A DNA stretch of 64,000 nucleotides from Octopus sinensis (Eukaryota): NCBI RefSeq assembly GCF_006345805.1, contig NC_043011.1, positions 61,950,464-62,014,463 on the forward strand, given 5' to 3'. This document shows, piece after piece, positions 47,791-60,092 of the stretch. The notes beneath the pieces were generated by a model. That model did no database searches, had not been told where the DNA came from, and worked only from the letters and a program-made list of their open reading frames with translations. How positions within the stretch are numbered: position 1 is the first letter of the stretch; each line of letters begins with the position of its first letter. The position numbers were made by a program, and so were the translations under genes.

Positions 47791-48578
47791 CTGGTATCAC
47801 ACATACATATACATATATATACATACATTATATATATACATATGTATATATGCATGTGTTTGTGCAACCATATGCATGAATACACATGGAATACATGTGT
47901 ACCTCTATGTGTGTTCACATGACTTTGCTAAGTGAGTCTTGCCAGCCATGATCTTTCATTCTTGGCCTGACTGCTGACCATCAACAAGTCTTCTGTCCAT
48001 CTTCCATGTTCCTGCCTTTAGGATTTCACTCCATACACGCCAGCTCAGTTTGAATCATTCTCAGTCGAAAGACGCCTGTTGTTATTTCTTGTTGTATTCA
48101 TAATTCTATACCTTGTTCTCTGTTTTTTTTTGTCTTTGTTGCCGTACTCATTCGCTAGTTTTCTTACAAAGGAGTATAATGCTCTTAGCTTAGACTATTT
48201 GGGGACAACCAGATCGAACCATCTCAAGTGTAACTGTCCGAAATGGTTGTGACTTCTGGTACTTGACTGATGAAAGAAAGCCAAGAATGACCCATCTTCT
48301 TTTTGCCTGTCCTTCTAATTGTTGTGCCTCTTGTCTGCCTTTGTGTCGTCTATCTGTCCGAACGTTTTAATACCCTCTATTGCATTCTTGTTCCATTTTT
48401 CTATATACATATATATATATATCGCCAAGCTAACGTGGCAGTCCAGAAAAATTGGATGAATGATAAGCTCCAAGAAGCTATTGCCTCTAGCTAGCTATGT
48501 GGCATAAAAATCTGTGTCCATTACAACCTTCAAACAGGGGAGGTCATCAGCTTCCCCTTGCTGTATATATGTATATTA

Positions 48579-48621
<43 letters not shown>

Positions 48622-48669
48622 TATATATATATATATACATATACACATTACGTATATACATATATATAT

Positions 48670-49140
48670 GAGGCAAGTGAAAATCAAAATCAAAATCAAA
48701 ATCAAATCAAATCAAATCAAAATAGATGAACATCAATGGAATTGTATCTTTGTGGCACCAGTGCCGGTGGCATACAAGAAAACCATCCGAACGTGGCCGT
48801 AGCCAGTACCGCATCGACTGGCCTCCGTGCTGTGGGCACGTAACAAACACCATCCGATCGTGGCCGTTCGCCAGCCTCATCTGGCACCTGTGTCGGTGGC
48901 ACATAAAAACACCATCCGAGCGTGGCCGTCTGCCAGCCTCGTCTGGCACTGTGTCGGTGGCACATAAAATCACCCACTACACTCTCGGAGTGGTTGGCGT
49001 TAGGAAGGGCATCCAGCTGTAGAAACACTGCCAGATCTGACTGGCCTGGTGCAGCCTTCGGGCTCCTCAGACCCCAGTTGAACCATCCAACCCATGCTAG
49101 CATGGAAAGCGGACGTTAAATGATGATGATGATGATATAT
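48670..49140 (+). mobile_element. Family B retroposon, three ~62-67-bp hairpin units, (AAATC)n near the 5' end
   Basis: Nearly identical to 54895-55405 apart from unit number. Confidence 0.9.
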
Positions 49141-49159
49141 ATATATATATATATATACA

Positions 49160-49770
49160 TACAGTTGCCTGGATTACTGCTCACAGCTATGGTCACCCAC
49201 CAGTGTAAAATTAACAGCGGACCTTGAAGCAATCCAGAGAAGATTCACAAAGAAGATCATCCCTTTGCAACAGCTCAGCTACTGGGAAAGGTTGAAACAG
49301 CTAAGACTCTACTCCCTGGAGAGAAGACGGGAGAGGTATGCAGTGATATATGTCTGGAAGATCCTTGAAGGAATTGTGCCAAATTTTGGCATTGTAAGCT
49401 ACACCAATGCTAGAACAGGACGACACTGCATAGTGCCAAAGATCCCAGCAATGGCATCACGCTTCAGGACCAGCTTCTGCAACAGCCTGGGTTTCAAGGG
49501 CCCACAGCTTTTTAATATTCTCCCAAAGACTCTGAGGAACTTGCACAAAGTAGATGTAGCGGTTTTTAAATCAAAGCTGGACATCTTCCTGTCAAGAGTC
49601 CCAGATGAACCTACCTCACGGCAAGAGTTCCAAATGAGAGTAGCTGTATCAAACTCCATTCTTCACCAAGTGCCATATATTAGACGAGGTTCATCGTAAT
49701 AACAGTGTACACAAAACAGCGGTGCATCAGCATGGCTGCAGCTCTGAGCTGAAACTAGAAAAAAAAAAAT
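49160..49770 (+). mobile_element. 5'-truncated CR1/L2-type LINE 3' end with open frame and tail
   Basis: LDYCSQLWSP...AIQRRFTKKI..LSYWERLKQLRLYSLERRRERYAVIYVWKILEGIVPNFGI...GPQLFNILP...VPDEPT; tail CAGCTCTGAGCTGAAAC plus A-run; flanked by (TA)n. Confidence 0.9.
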
Positions 49771-50533
49771 AAATAAATATATATATATATATATACACAC
49801 ATACATATATATATACATATAAATATATGTATGCATGTATATGTGTATATGTATGCATATATATGTATGTATATATATATATGTATGTATACATATATAT
49901 ATGTATACATATGTATATATAGGCATTTATATGTATACATGCACACATATATTGTATATATGTATGCCTAAATGTATATGTATGTTTTTATGTATGTATA
50001 TATATATATACAAACTCAAAAGTATAGAGTAGCCCACCATCAGATTAATGTAAAGTTGTTTATATTATAACTGAACATAAGAACAAACATCAAAACATAT
50101 GTGTGTGTGTCTGTGTGTATGTGTCTGTATGTGTCTGTGTGTATGTGTCTGTATGTGTGTGTGTAATGTATTCTAAGCCAGCAATCTTTGAGAGTGGGGC
50201 AAATTGATTATATCAACCCTTGTACTTGACTGATACTTTATTTTATCAATCCTGCAAGAATGACCAGTATAATGAACCTCGATGAAATTTGAACCCAGAA
50301 TGTAAAGCATTGGAAGAATCCCTGCAAAACATTTTACTCTCACTTGCTTATGATTCACCTAGTTTCCACTCCTCTAAGATTGCTCACTGACCATGCAAAA
50401 TGCTCGTGGGACTCAGCATAATAAGAGAGACGAAGAACCTCATTGTTATTATAGATTATCACACATTCATTGTATAGTGAGCGATTTTTCATCTTGATCG
50501 TTAGTTAAAATGCACACAGGTACAAACACTTAC

Positions 50534-50580
<47 letters not shown>

Positions 50581-50594
50581 ATACATGTGTGTGT

Positions 50595-50850
50595 GTGTTG
50601 GCCTCCGTGCCGGTGGCACGTAAAAAACACCATCCGAGTGTGGCCTCGTCTGGCACCTGTGTCGGTGGCACATAAAAAAGCACCCACTACACTCATGGAG
50701 TGGTTGGTGTTAGGAAGGGCATCCAGCTGTAGAAACACCACCAGATCTGACTGGCCTGGTGCAGCCTTCGGGTTTCACAGACCCCAGTTGAACCGTCCAA
50801 CCCATGCTAGCATGGAAAACGGATATTAAATGATGATAATGATGATGATA
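50595..50850 (+). mobile_element. Family B retroposon, short array
   Basis: Same 3' end as the other family B copies. Confidence 0.9.
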
Positions 50851-50944
50851 TATAGGTGTGTATGTATATATTATATATACATATATTTTATTTACATATA
50901 TATATATATATATATGTATACATATGCATGTGTGTGGTATACAT

Positions 50945-50997
<53 letters not shown>

Positions 50998-51267
50998 TTG
51001 AAGAGAAAGAGAGAGAGAATTTAATATCATTTAATGCAAGCGAATCTACCAGGTGAATCTGCTGTCTGCTAGGAACCATTCCATCCTGCTAATGTCTGTG
51101 AATCAAATTACTTCCAAGTCCTGTGCATCTTCCAATAAACACATCTTCATCAACTCACTTTAAAAACTATATTTGTATTGCACATCTTGGAACCCAATCC
51201 AAATATGGTTCATTCCCTCCCCCCTTAGCCCTTATTTTCTGTATTCCCTTACTCTATCTATCTATCC

Positions 51268-51318
<51 letters not shown>

Positions 51319-51526
51319 CATCTATCTATCTACTTATACATGTGTATATACACACATATGAATTTAATCTTCATCTCTATATGAACTCTTAGAATAACAT
51401 GCACACAGCCACATCAACACCTTCTACTGACTATATATTCCCACTACACACTCACCCAAGTTATTATGCAGTGGGACTGAACCCAGAGCCATGTGGTTGG
51501 AATGCCAGCTTCCTACCACACAGCCA

Positions 51527-51557
<31 letters not shown>

Positions 51558-51773
51558 ATATATATATATATATATATATATGATTTCAATACGGAGCAAA
51601 TAATTCGTGAGAAAATAATTTGCTAAGATATCATTGACTCTGTTATTATCTAGTGTAACAATTTAAAAATGATAATAACAAAATCAATAATAAAGGCGAT
51701 TGCAGCCCTCACCCCAAAACATTAAATAGCTGAAGGATTAAAATTAATCAAAGAACATACTAAGTATGCCTAC

Positions 51774-51810
51774 CTGCTGGAAATAACAGTCAAAACTCTT
51801 ATTTGATTCG
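51774..51810 (-). other. Candidate 37-nt exon
   Basis: Acceptor TTTGTATCAGTTTATTTTAG|, donor CAG|GTAGGC; two of three frames are open. Confidence 0.25.
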
Positions 51811-51929
51811 CTAAAATAAACTGATACAAATCAACTGTCCAAAGTCAAATGGGCTAAGACAATCTCTCAGCATACATTCAAGTATTTGGACTCACAGGGA
51901 CTGGTTTCTGGACTGGCATAGTAGCCTCG

Positions 51930-51962
<33 letters not shown>

Positions 51963-53419
51963 AGATAAGGGAAAGGCTAAAGATACTCCCTGCGTTATAT
52001 AGAGTCATAGGGCCAGTTTCCCTAGTTTCTTTGGTGCATATGTTCTCCCCTGGTTGGGGCACCGGTCTGTTGCAGGATTAGTCTTTTTTGCCACCCGAAT
52101 GAAATGAAGTGTTTTGCTCAAGAACACAATGTACCACCTGGTCCGAGAATTGAAACTGTGATCTAGCAATTGTGTGTGCAACACCCTACCCACTAAGCCA
52201 CATCACACTTCACACACACACACACACACACACAAAAGTGATGGATGTGGCTGTGTGGTAAGAAGCTTGTTTCCCAACCACATGGTTCCAGGTTCAGTCC
52301 TGGCAACTGAAGAAGGGGTTTTTTCCTTGTGTTATTTGTCCTGTACTCTATTTTTTTTTTGTTGTTTAAAATAATGTCCAGTTCCTTGGGTTTGTGTCTA
52401 TGTTTTCGTTTCTCATTGTGTTCGACGTCTTTTTGGTGTCCTGTACTCATATATGCGTGTATATATACATGTAGAGGTTGGTACGTACATATATGTATAT
52501 ATATATGCATATGTTTTATTTATTAATATATTATATGACGGAACGCACGCTTCCCTTTCTAAGTAAGATTGTTCTTGATATATATATATATATATATATA
52601 TACATACATACATACATACATGCATACATATATGTGTGTGTCTCTGTATGTATGTATATATATATTTGTGTATGTGCATTTTGTGTGTGTGTGTTAGAGA
52701 GAAAGAAATACAGATGGAGAAAAAGAGAGAGGGAGAGAAATACTGCTCTGCCCTATGAGAGAAAGTGTCTGTATTTGTATAAGAGCTGAATGTGTGATAG
52801 TGTGGGGATACGTAAGTGTTTGCGTGTGTACGCATGAAAATGTGTGCCTGTGTCTGTATGTCTTTGTACGTATGTGTTTATGTATGCAAAAAAGAAAAGA
52901 AGATTTTTCCATGTTTGTATGAATGTGTGTACGTGCTTATGTATATGTTTATATATATATATATGTTTATCTATTTATACATGCACAAGTGTGTATATAT
53001 ACAAGTGTGTACATGGGAGCATGTTTCAAAAGTGGGTCTTAATGTCTCGAGCCCATGCAGATAAACATAAAGAGTTACATGTAAGGGTAAATAGACCCAT
53101 CATCAATACTACCACCACCACCACAACCACGGGTTACCATCTCCCCCTCCCCTCACTGCACCCTACTCCTCGTTATCGTTATCTCGTTAAGATGGTGTTT
53201 ACATAGTTGGTTTTCATTTCGCTCTGTCTATATTCATGACCACCAAGTAATTTGCCTGTGTTGTATTTAGTGAAGCTCTTCTGGCAGAAAGTGAAAAGTC
53301 CACCTTGGCATAAAGGGACCTAGTTAAACACCACAAGGTATTTTTTTACTATTCTCTTCCACCGAGATACATGCATACATATGTGTGTGGGTGTATATAT
53401 ACATACTTAAGTACATATA

Positions 53420-53566
53420 TTTGGCGTTAGGAAGGGCATCCATCCGTAGAAACACTGCCAGATTTGACTGGGCCTGATGAAGCCTTCTGGCTTCACAGAC
53501 CCCAGTAGAACCGTCCAACCCATGCTAGCATGGAAAACGGACGCTAAACGATGATGATGATGATGA

Positions 53567-53570
<4 letters not shown>
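53420..53570 (+). mobile_element. Family B 3' end, almost identical to the reverse complement of 27251-27400
   Basis: GGGCCTGATGAAGCCTTCTGGCTTCACAGACCCCAGTAGAACCG is shared. Confidence 0.9.
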
Positions 53571-53616
<46 letters not shown>

Positions 53617-53619
53617 ATA

Positions 53620-53660
<41 letters not shown>

Positions 53661-53925
53661 TATATATATATAATATATATATATATACAAATATATATAT
53701 TTTATCTATTATCTTTTACTTGTTTCAGTCTTTCGACTGTGACCATTCTGGGGCCATACCTTGAAGAGTTTTTAGATGAACAACTATATATATACACACT
53801 GCTCACTCTGTGGGTGAGTTTTTCCCCATGTCTCTCTGCATGAATTTTGCTGACACAGCATATTCTTCCCTTCCTTTATTTGTTAATGAATCACTTAAAA
53901 TGTATTGACCCTTTTAGCTGTTTAC

Positions 53926-54049
53926 CTTGGCATATGTTGCTGATAGAGTTTTACAAAATAATTGTCCATATTTTGCATGTAAAATCTTCTTTACACTTCC
54001 ATCCATGACCACAAAGCTGAATGATTCTCATAGTCTTCAACTGAGAAAC
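53926..54049 (-). CDS. Candidate exon containing a start codon at 54006 (MDGSVKKILHAKYGQLFCKTLSATYAK, phase 0)
   Basis: Branch-like TACTAAT plus TTTGATTTCTAG| acceptor, CAAG|GTAAAC donor, GTCATGG Kozak-like context. A competing plus-strand frame also exists. Protein not recognised. Confidence 0.3.
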
Positions 54050-54108
54050 CTAGAAATCAAAATTAGTACTTCATGCAGATATTCTGTTGATATGCATCAA
54101 TATATTAT

Positions 54109-54150
<42 letters not shown>

Positions 54151-54639
54151 TGTGTGTGTATACACAGCACCATTCAAGCGTGGTCGATGCCTGTGTCAGT
54201 GGCACGAAAAAGCACCATTTGAGTGTGACTGATGCCTGTGTCACCTGACTGGCATCTGTGCTGGTCACACATAAAAAGCGCCCACTAAACCCTCAGAGTG
54301 GTTGGTGTGGGGAAGGACATCAGGCTGTAGAAACCTTGTCAAATCAGAGTGCAGCTTCCCAGCTTGCCAGTCCTCAGTCAAACTGTCCAACCCATGCCAG
54401 CATGCAAAGCGGATGTTAAACGACGATGTTGATGATGATGATGATACATATACATTTACGTAATTGTTTTGCCAGATTCCTGATGGGAAATTGTGTGTTG
54501 AAACGGATATTGTTATATTTGGGGATGGTCATACTTTTCCTACTTAACCACACGTACCACATAATTGGTCTTCACTTCAGCTTTATTATCATTATCATTA
54601 TCATTATCGTTTTTATCATTATTATTATTATTATTGATT

Positions 54640-55405
54640 TTGATTTTGATTTTGATTTTGATTTTCACTTGCCTCAACAGGCCTTCACAAGTATCACAAG
54701 TGCTGTGGGCACATGACAAACACCATCCGATCGTGGCCGTTCGCCAGCCTCATCTAGCACCTGTGTCGGTGGCACATAAAAACACCATCCGAAGACCCGG
54801 CAAGACTAGTCAGGCCATAACCCATGGCCCCTACCTGGGACGTAGTCAGTCCACCTGTGCATACCTTCCTTCTTGTGACACTTGTGAAGACCTGTTGAGG
54901 CAAGTGAAAATCAAAACAAATAGATGAACATCAATGGAATTTGTATCCTTGTGGTACCAGTGCCGGTGGCACGTGGCACACAAGAAAACCATCCGAACGT
55001 GGCCGTAGCCAGTACCGCATCGACTGGCCTCCGTGCTGTGGGCACGTAACAAGCACCATCCGATCGTGGCCGTTTTGCCAGCCTCATCTGGCACCTGTGT
55101 CGGTGGCACATAAAAACACCATCCGAGCGTGGCCGTCTGCCAGCCTCGTCTGGCACCTGTGTCGGTGGCATATAAAAAACACCATCCGAGCGTGGCCGTT
55201 TGCCAGCCTCGTCTGGCACCTGTGTCGGTGGCACATAAAATCACCCACTACACTCTCGGAGTGGTTGGCGTTAGGAAGGGCATCCAGCTGTAGAAACACT
55301 GCCAGATCTGACTGGACTGGTGCAGCTTTCGGACTCCCCAGACCCCAGTTGAACCGTCCAACCCATGCTAGCATGGAAAGCGGACGTTAAATGATGATGA
55401 TGATT
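54640..55405 (+). mobile_element. Long family B copy with 5' head, four hairpin units and a short inverted 5' fragment
   Basis: Units start near 54988, 55055, 55118 and 55181; 54655-54700 is the reverse complement of 54870-54912. Confidence 0.85.
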
Positions 55406-55950
55406 GAACATCCCTCATTCATTGGACAATGAACTTTGTTTGCGAAGACCCATCGAGGCAAGTGTAAACAAATCAAAATCACTGACGTGGCCGATGACAG
55501 TACTGCCTGATTGGCACTTGTGCCAGTGGAACGTTAAAAACATATCCGAGCGTGATCGTTGCCAGGGCCACAGATTGACTCCTGAGCCGGTGACATGTGA
55601 AAAGCACCATTTGAGCGTGATTGTTGCCAGCATCGCCTTACCGGCACATGTGCCAGTGGCACGTGGAAAACAACATGGTCATTGCCAGTGCCACCGGAGT
55701 GGCTCCCATCCAGGTGGTAAGTAAAAAACACCTTTTGAACATGGTATTTGCCAGTACTGCCTGACCGGCCCTTGTGTTGGTGGCACCTAAAAGCACCCAC
55801 TACACTCTTGGATTGGTTGGCGTTAGGAAAGACATCCAGCTGTAGAAACTTTGCTAGATCAGATTGAGCCTGGTGCAACCTTCTGGCTCACCAGTCCTCA
55901 GTTAAGCCGTCCAACCCATGCCAGCATGGAAAGTGGATGTGAATGATGAT
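55405..55950 (+). mobile_element. Family B second subfamily (head TTCATTGGACAATGAACTTTG)
   Basis: Homologous to the minus-strand copy at 63470-63960. Confidence 0.85.
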
Positions 55951-56035
55951 AATGATTATTATTATCATTATTTTTATTGTTATTATTATTTTTATTATTT
56001 TTATTATTATTATTATTATTTTTATTATTATTATT

Positions 56036-56079
<44 letters not shown>

Positions 56080-56282
56080 TATTATGTTTGTGGCTTTTGT
56101 CTAAACCTTTCATTACACATCCTGTAACCTCCTCAGTGCCTCCTCTGGTTCCATTTAATCCATTCTCTACTTCACTAAACAGGATAAGAATGGATTAAAC
56201 AAGACAAGAGGAGACACATGCGATAAAAAGTCATTGAAGAGGTTACAGTATGGAAGATGTCAGACAAAGGACACTGTAAAAC

Positions 56283-56354
<72 letters not shown>

Positions 56355-56459
56355 AGCCGAAGGGAAGACGTAGTAAAGAGTGAGTGTTCAATTGACAAAA
56401 ATATGACCATCCTTAAATATAACAATATATGTGTGTATGTGTACATATCATCATCATCA

Positions 56460-56790
56460 TCATCATCATCTTCATCATTGTTTAACACCCATTTTCCTTG
56501 CTGGCATGGGTTGGATGGCTTGACTGAGGACTGGCAAGCCAAAAGGCTGCACCAGGCTCCAAGCTGTTCTGGCAATGTTTCTACAGCTGGATTCCCTTCC
56601 TAACACCAACCACTCTGAGAGTGTAGTGGGTGCTTTTTACATGCCACTGGCATGAGGGCCAGTCAGGCGGTACTGGCATCAAACACACTCGAACAGTGCT
56701 TTTTATGTTCCACTGGCACAGGAGCCAGTCTGGTGGGACTGGCATTGACCATGCTCAAATGATACTTTTTACGGTCCACTGGCACATATA
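56460..56790 (-). mobile_element. Family B retroposon, decayed
   Basis: (CAT)n tail then TTTAACACCCATTTTCCTTGCTGGCATGGG... Confidence 0.85.
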
Positions 56791-56889
56791 TGTATTTTTT
56801 TTATTGTTATAAGAACTGAGAAACTTTGGGAATGTGAAATAATTTTTAAAATATTATTTTCCCTTTTTGGCATTTTAAAATTCTTATAG

Positions 56890-57286
56890 TATCACCAACA
56901 TACAATTCCTGTTGGTAAGAATAAAGTTTCTAAAGTGGATGGAGAAATTCAAAGTGTTGCTTTGGTCCAGTGGTAGAAAGCTTGTCATGTTTCCAGGAGA
57001 TGTGAACTCACATCCCTTAAGCATCTTTCAACATTCTTTATTGAGTCTTTTTTTTAACCTAATATTTACATGCTATTTTATGGGCTTCAAGATTCACTGT
57101 TCCAAAAAGAGATAAAAAATACTTTTGTGTATGTGTATGTAATGTTAAGTGTCATTTCAAGTACTCAATTCATTCTATAGAGTTTATTGATTTACTCAAA
57201 CCTGACCATTCCTTTTCTCAGTATTCAGGCTTTGTCATTTGCCATGCGGAGTCCTTTCGAAAGAAGCCTTAAATTAGTGATGGAAG
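56890..57286 (+). CDS. Candidate exon pair 56890-56914 and 57229-57286
   Basis: TTCTTATAG|...TTG|GTAAGA and TTTTCTCAGTATTCAG|...GAAG|GTATCA; spliced frame ITNIQFLL/ALSFAMRSPFERSLKLVME is open. Protein not recognised. Confidence 0.25.
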
Positions 57287-57745
57287 GTATCAGGGAGAAT
57301 CACAGTTGTTAATGTATGCAAGTCTTCTCCTGTCTTCACCAATGATATTTATCTCAGGGAAAGGCTCACCAATTTGGACCAACACAACTTGGTATCTCGG
57401 TCATTACAGATGTTGTCTTCAGAACACTAAGCAATGGATCAAACACCACAAGTCACCTTGCTTGACTCCCTTTCCATTCTACAAATATATAGCCTTGGAT
57501 TGGTATACTTTTTTTTTTGCCAACTCTGAAAGGATGAAAAGTACGGTTGTCCTCGAAGGGATTTGAACTCGGATCACTGAGAATTGGAACAGACATGATA
57601 AGATATTTTGACTGATGCTGTAACGGTTCTGCTAATTCACTGTCTTCCCATGATGCAATGTAGCAGGTTAATGACTCAAATGTAAACTGAATGAGGTGTC
57701 TGTTACAATTAATTTCCACATTGCAATGGGATGTGTGTTATCAGC

Positions 57746-57782
<37 letters not shown>

Positions 57783-57962
57783 GGAAAACATTAAAAATAA
57801 ACAACAAAAAACAACAAACCCTTCATAGTAAGACTAAATGTTCTAGAATGTGAGTGATGTGTGTGTGTGTGTGTTTAGATATAGATATTTCTATGTCTGT
57901 ATGTATATATACATGTACGTGCCCACACTTTATATTTATATCTATATCTATCTCTCTCTCTT

Positions 57963-58042
<80 letters not shown>

Positions 58043-59640
58043 TATATACATATATATATATATGCAGTATATAAACAAACTGTAGATATAAGTAGATTCC
58101 GCTATCTCAGATTGCAACAGTCAGGTGGTGAACATTAATCCCTTCTTCACACAGTACTCTTGCTGCTGTTGTTGTTGTTGTTGCTGTTTAACCCCTCCCC
58201 CCACCTCGTCCACCAAATGTTGTGAATTGACTGTGTTGTAACAGCATCAGATGAGGTACCTGCCTTACACTGTATGCTCCAGCTGGGTTCAAATCCTGTC
58301 ACGGTCAGCATTGCCTTTGCCTTTCATTGCTTTCCATCTTTGCAGTCTTGATGAATATATTAGAAGTCTGGAGTGAGGTGGATGCCTAATTGGCATGATA
58401 TCAGAGAAGACGCCTTGCAGTGTTAGTTCCAGCTCATTGTTGTCTAAAGTTCAAATATGACTGAGATCAACTTTTCCTTTTATTCTTTGAAAGTTTGATA
58501 AACAAAGTGTCAGTCGAGGGGGTGGAATTGGTAATCTATGTTGCAAATTTGAATCATGCTGCGTCAGTTTTGTTTTTCATCTTTTCGAGGTCATCAATGT
58601 ATCAGTTCAGAGAAGTGGGTTGGTGGAATTCTTAACTTATTGGAGAAAATGTTCTGTATAATCTCTTCTGGCTTTTTGTGTTTTGACTTCAAATGTCCCC
58701 CACTCTTGTTACTAGTTTCCTCATAGACAATATTCAGGAACCAATTAATGGTAGAATTCCTTAATTAGATTTAAGACTGTCTTGAGTTGGTTCCCTAGCT
58801 TCCATGGCATGTAATGACTGAAATTGTCCGAGAGTGGGATGCTGGTCTGCTGTAGGGTTACTCATCTGCAGTAGATGGGGCTAAAGCAATATGAAATGAA
58901 GTGTTTTACTCGAGGGCACGACACACAACCTGGTCCAGGAATTGAACCAGTGATCCAGCAAACACCAGAACAATACTTCAACAACTGACCACATGTAATA
59001 ATGCAATCAAGTCATTCCAGTTGAGGTATTGCTCTCTGTGATATAGGAAGACCTGTGGTCACAAGCAGAATGGGCCTGTGTACAATCAAAGACACTCCAG
59101 TTGTGACCATCTCATCTTTTTATGTATCTTGTGTATACTTGTTTTCTGTTTTTGTTTTTTAAAATGAGAATATTCTTCTTGCATCCCGCAATTTACTTGG
59201 CAAGCTTCACTAGTGCTGGTATGAAGAACGCATCAAGTGCACCCCATGAAGGGCATCGAGCCATAGAAAAAAAAACCCCTGCTGAAGATGCTGTTGCAAC
59301 TTAATACCCTGGATTCTGTTAAATTCTTCAGTGCATGCCAACGGCCAGCATGGAATACAGGCATTGAATGTTGACATGGATGATGGTGATGATAATGATG
59401 ATATGGATGATGATGATGACGATGATGGTAATAATGATGATTATGATGAAGATGATGGTGATTAATGAAGTTGATGAATGTAATGACAACAATGATGATG
59501 GTGGTGGTGGTGGTAGTGATGATGATGACAACAACAATGATGATAATGATGATGGTGATGATCATGATAATGATGGTTGTGGTGATGACGATGATGACAG
59601 TATTACTGATTATCATAGTGATGATGATAATGAAGATGAA

Positions 59641-59686
<46 letters not shown>

Positions 59687-59699
59687 GTTAGTATTATAA

Positions 59700-59834
59700 G
59701 CGTAGGAGTGGCTGTGTGGTAAGTAGCTTGCTTACGAACCACATGGTTCCGGGTTCAGTGTCTTTTACTATAGCCTTGGGCCAACCAAAGCCTTGTGAGT
59801 GAATTTGGTAGACGGAAACTGAAAGAAGCCTGTC

Positions 59835-59873
<39 letters not shown>

Positions 59874-60092
59874 AGTGTATATATGTTTGTGTGTCTGTAT
59901 TTGTCCCCCCAATGTCACTTGACAACCAATGCTGGTGTGTTTACGTCCCAGTAACTTAGCAGTTCAGCAATGGAGACCAATAGAATAAGTACTAGGCTTA
60001 CAAAGAATAAGTGCTGGGGGCGATTTGCTTGACTAAATGTGGTGCTCCAACATGCCCACAGTCAAATGACTGAAACAAGTAAAAGAGTAAAG
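59700..60092 (+). mobile_element. SINE family A with a small deletion in the core
   Basis: Head GCGTAGGAGTGGCTGTGTGGTAAG; tail CAGTCAAATGACTGAAAC. Confidence 0.9.

Noticed and set aside
52305-52480. CTGAAGAAGGGG at the start of a PLE-tail-like repeat (related sequence near 12840 and 15425)
   Set aside because: The GAAA half is missing, so a ribozyme cannot be supported; probably a deleted terminal repeat.
53480-53505. CTGATGAAGCCTTCTGGC (also on the minus strand near 27335) as a hammerhead
   Set aside because: No GAAA or stem III follows; it is a variant of the family B sequence CCTGGTGCAGCC.
48780-55250. Family B repeat-with-variable-segment arrays as a CRISPR-like locus
   Set aside because: Eukaryotic retroposon context, units far more similar than spacers would be, dispersed copies with (GAT)n tails, and no cas genes.
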